From assembly GCA_964473825.1 (NCBI GenBank), contig CAYYQL010000009.1, positions 33,499 through 80,103 of the forward strand: DNA of 46,605 bases, read 5' to 3'. Under the pieces are notes generated by a model that was not told the DNA's origin, searched no databases, and was given only the letters and a program-made list of their open reading frames with translations. The stretch is from an uncultured archaeon (GTDB lineage: Archaea; Asgardarchaeota; Thorarchaeia; Thorarchaeales; Thorarchaeaceae). The translations under genes and the position numbers were made by a program. This document shows positions 45,342-46,605 of the stretch, one piece after another (within the stretch, counting starts at the first letter, position 1; every line of letters begins with the position of its first letter).

Positions 45342-46529
45342 ATGATATTATTGCTGCTCATTGCTATTCTTGTATTGCCTCAACGAACGGGACTCGTAGG
45401 AGATGCCCGGCCAACCATCAAGAATACTCTCGCAAGGCCTGCAGAGAACACTGTAGAGTTTGCTAATGAGTCTCTAGAGTTCGTCAGCAATGAAAATCTT
45501 ATTGACCTTCCTGGCGCCGGAACCAAAGAAGACCCTTACAGGCTAGAGGGCGCTAATGTTCTGGTAGAACCGCCCTGCGTCGTCATCAGAGATATCGACG
45601 CTCACATGCTGATACAAGACTGCATCTTCGTCGCGAAATCCACCGAGTCTGCAGCAGTCTTGATTGAGAACTCACGGAACATCATAATACGGGATGTTGA
45701 GATCCGAAACGGTCGGAATGGAGTGTGGCTTCTCCAGAGTGACTCGTGCATGATAGAGTCTTGCAACATCACCGGAGCCATCGAGGGAATCACCTCCAGC
45801 ATATCAATGAACAACACAATAGAGAATAGCAGTCTGTTTCGTAACACCATCGGGATGATGCTCCAATCCACAAACACAACGCTAGTCAGATCCAACAGCA
45901 TCTTCGGCAATTCGCAGTGGGGGATTCAACTGGATGCCTCGTGTCGTGGCAATGAAATCTACTACAACCATATAGGTTGGAATGCCATCTGGAGAACCGT
46001 TTCATGGAATCGTAACGCCGTAGACCACGGGGCTAACAATACATGGGATGACGGGGTAAGCAGGGGAAACAACTACACCGAATTTGACCAACAAACAAGA
46101 CTTCCAATCCCCGGCACAGCAGGGGCTGTAGATAGATATCCCTCGGAGTTAGTGGACTACCAAGCTCCCGTCATCGACAGACCGGAGCACGTATCCTTCG
46201 CGCAAGAATCATTGGGCAATTCAGTGACATGGTCAGCCATTGATAGGTTTCCAGCTGAATATGCGGTCCGGCTGGGCCTGGGACGCGTCTATGCCGCAGG
46301 ACACTGGCATAGCAACATCTCTGTTAATCTTGATGACCTGAGTGTAGGAATGCACAATATGACCATTGAAGTCAAGGACTACGCACAGAATGCAACCTAT
46401 AGCTTCGCAATAGTCTATGTGAGTGCCAGTTTACTGAGCGGAGAGGGGGCGGGAATTGTGATTGCGTCATCTCTCCTAAGTGTGGTGGCTGTCGCTCTGC
46501 TAATTAGCGGCTTCAAGAAGCTTCGTTGA
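45342..46529 (+). CDS. Surface protein with a NosD/CASH parallel beta-helix, Ig-like domain and C-terminal TM anchor
   Basis: Signal-like N-terminus, GAGTKEDPYRLE, Asn-rich repeats (N..GI.L..S.NN.I..N), NTWDDG..RGNNY, DRYP, and a C-terminal TM helix followed by KKLR. Confidence 0.85.
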   Translation: MILLLLIAILVLPQRTGLVGDARPTIKNTLARPAENTVEFANESLEFVSNENLIDLPGAGTKEDPYRLEGANVLVEPPCVVIRDIDAHMLIQDCIFVAKSTESAAVLIENSRNIIIRDVEIRNGRNGVWLLQSDSCMIESCNITGAIEGITSSISMNNTIENSSLFRNTIGMMLQSTNTTLVRSNSIFGNSQWGIQLDASCRGNEIYYNHIGWNAIWRTVSWNRNAVDHGANNTWDDGVSRGNNYTEFDQQTRLPIPGTAGAVDRYPSELVDYQAPVIDRPEHVSFAQESLGNSVTWSAIDRFPAEYAVRLGLGRVYAAGHWHSNISVNLDDLSVGMHNMTIEVKDYAQNATYSFAIVYVSASLLSGEGAGIVIASSLLSVVAVALLISGFKKLR

Positions 46530-46605
46530 TAGACGGTGGACTTCTCACCGCGTCTACACCATATGACTTCCATCTCTTTATGAGAGCAAGAACATGTGGC
46601 ATTAC

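Noticed and set aside
1-46605. CRISPR arrays, tRNA/rRNA genes, transposases, integrases, rhodopsin or brp/blh genes
   Set aside because: None were recognised by eye in the ORFs or the short intergenic gaps. A tRNAscan-SE/Infernal run would be needed to fully exclude small RNAs.

Overview
Gene-dense archaeal DNA (many ATGA/GTGA stop-start overlaps, frequent TTG/GTG starts, GGTGA/GGAGG-type ribosome-binding sites). The eukaryotic-signature genes (a one-domain gelsolin-like protein, a Rab-like GTPase fusion), together with Fwd, Ior and NosD-type surface proteins, point to an Asgard archaeon, most plausibly Thorarchaeia. This assignment is inference, not a database result. In order, the window holds: a partial SAM methyltransferase; fwdD-fwdB-fwdA; 2-oxoacid/acetoin dehydrogenase E1alpha, E1beta and E2 split by a MASE3 histidine kinase; fixCX; a C50-carotenoid (bacterioruberin-type) cluster with crtB-crtI divergent from crtD-lyeJ-cruF, followed by a polyprenyl synthase and menA; lplA; an AhpD-like protein; a Zn-dehydrogenase; the gelsolin-like protein; a deacetylase/acyltransferase pair converging on an acpS-fkbH-ACP unit; a degenerate SF2 helicase; a membrane acyltransferase; a geranylgeranyl reductase; three tandem TrmB-like paralogs; a DHH phosphoesterase; iorAB; a 7-bladed beta-propeller + Ig-like + Rab-like GTPase fusion; a NitT/TauT ABC transporter; an Alba-like protein; and a NosD beta-helix surface protein. 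I saw no rRNA, tRNA, CRISPR array or transposase. The strongest novelty candidates are the coat-like propeller-Ig-Rab fusion, the archaeal glyceryl-ACP (AcpS/FkbH/ACP) system, and the bacterioruberin cluster physically linked to fixCX and menA.
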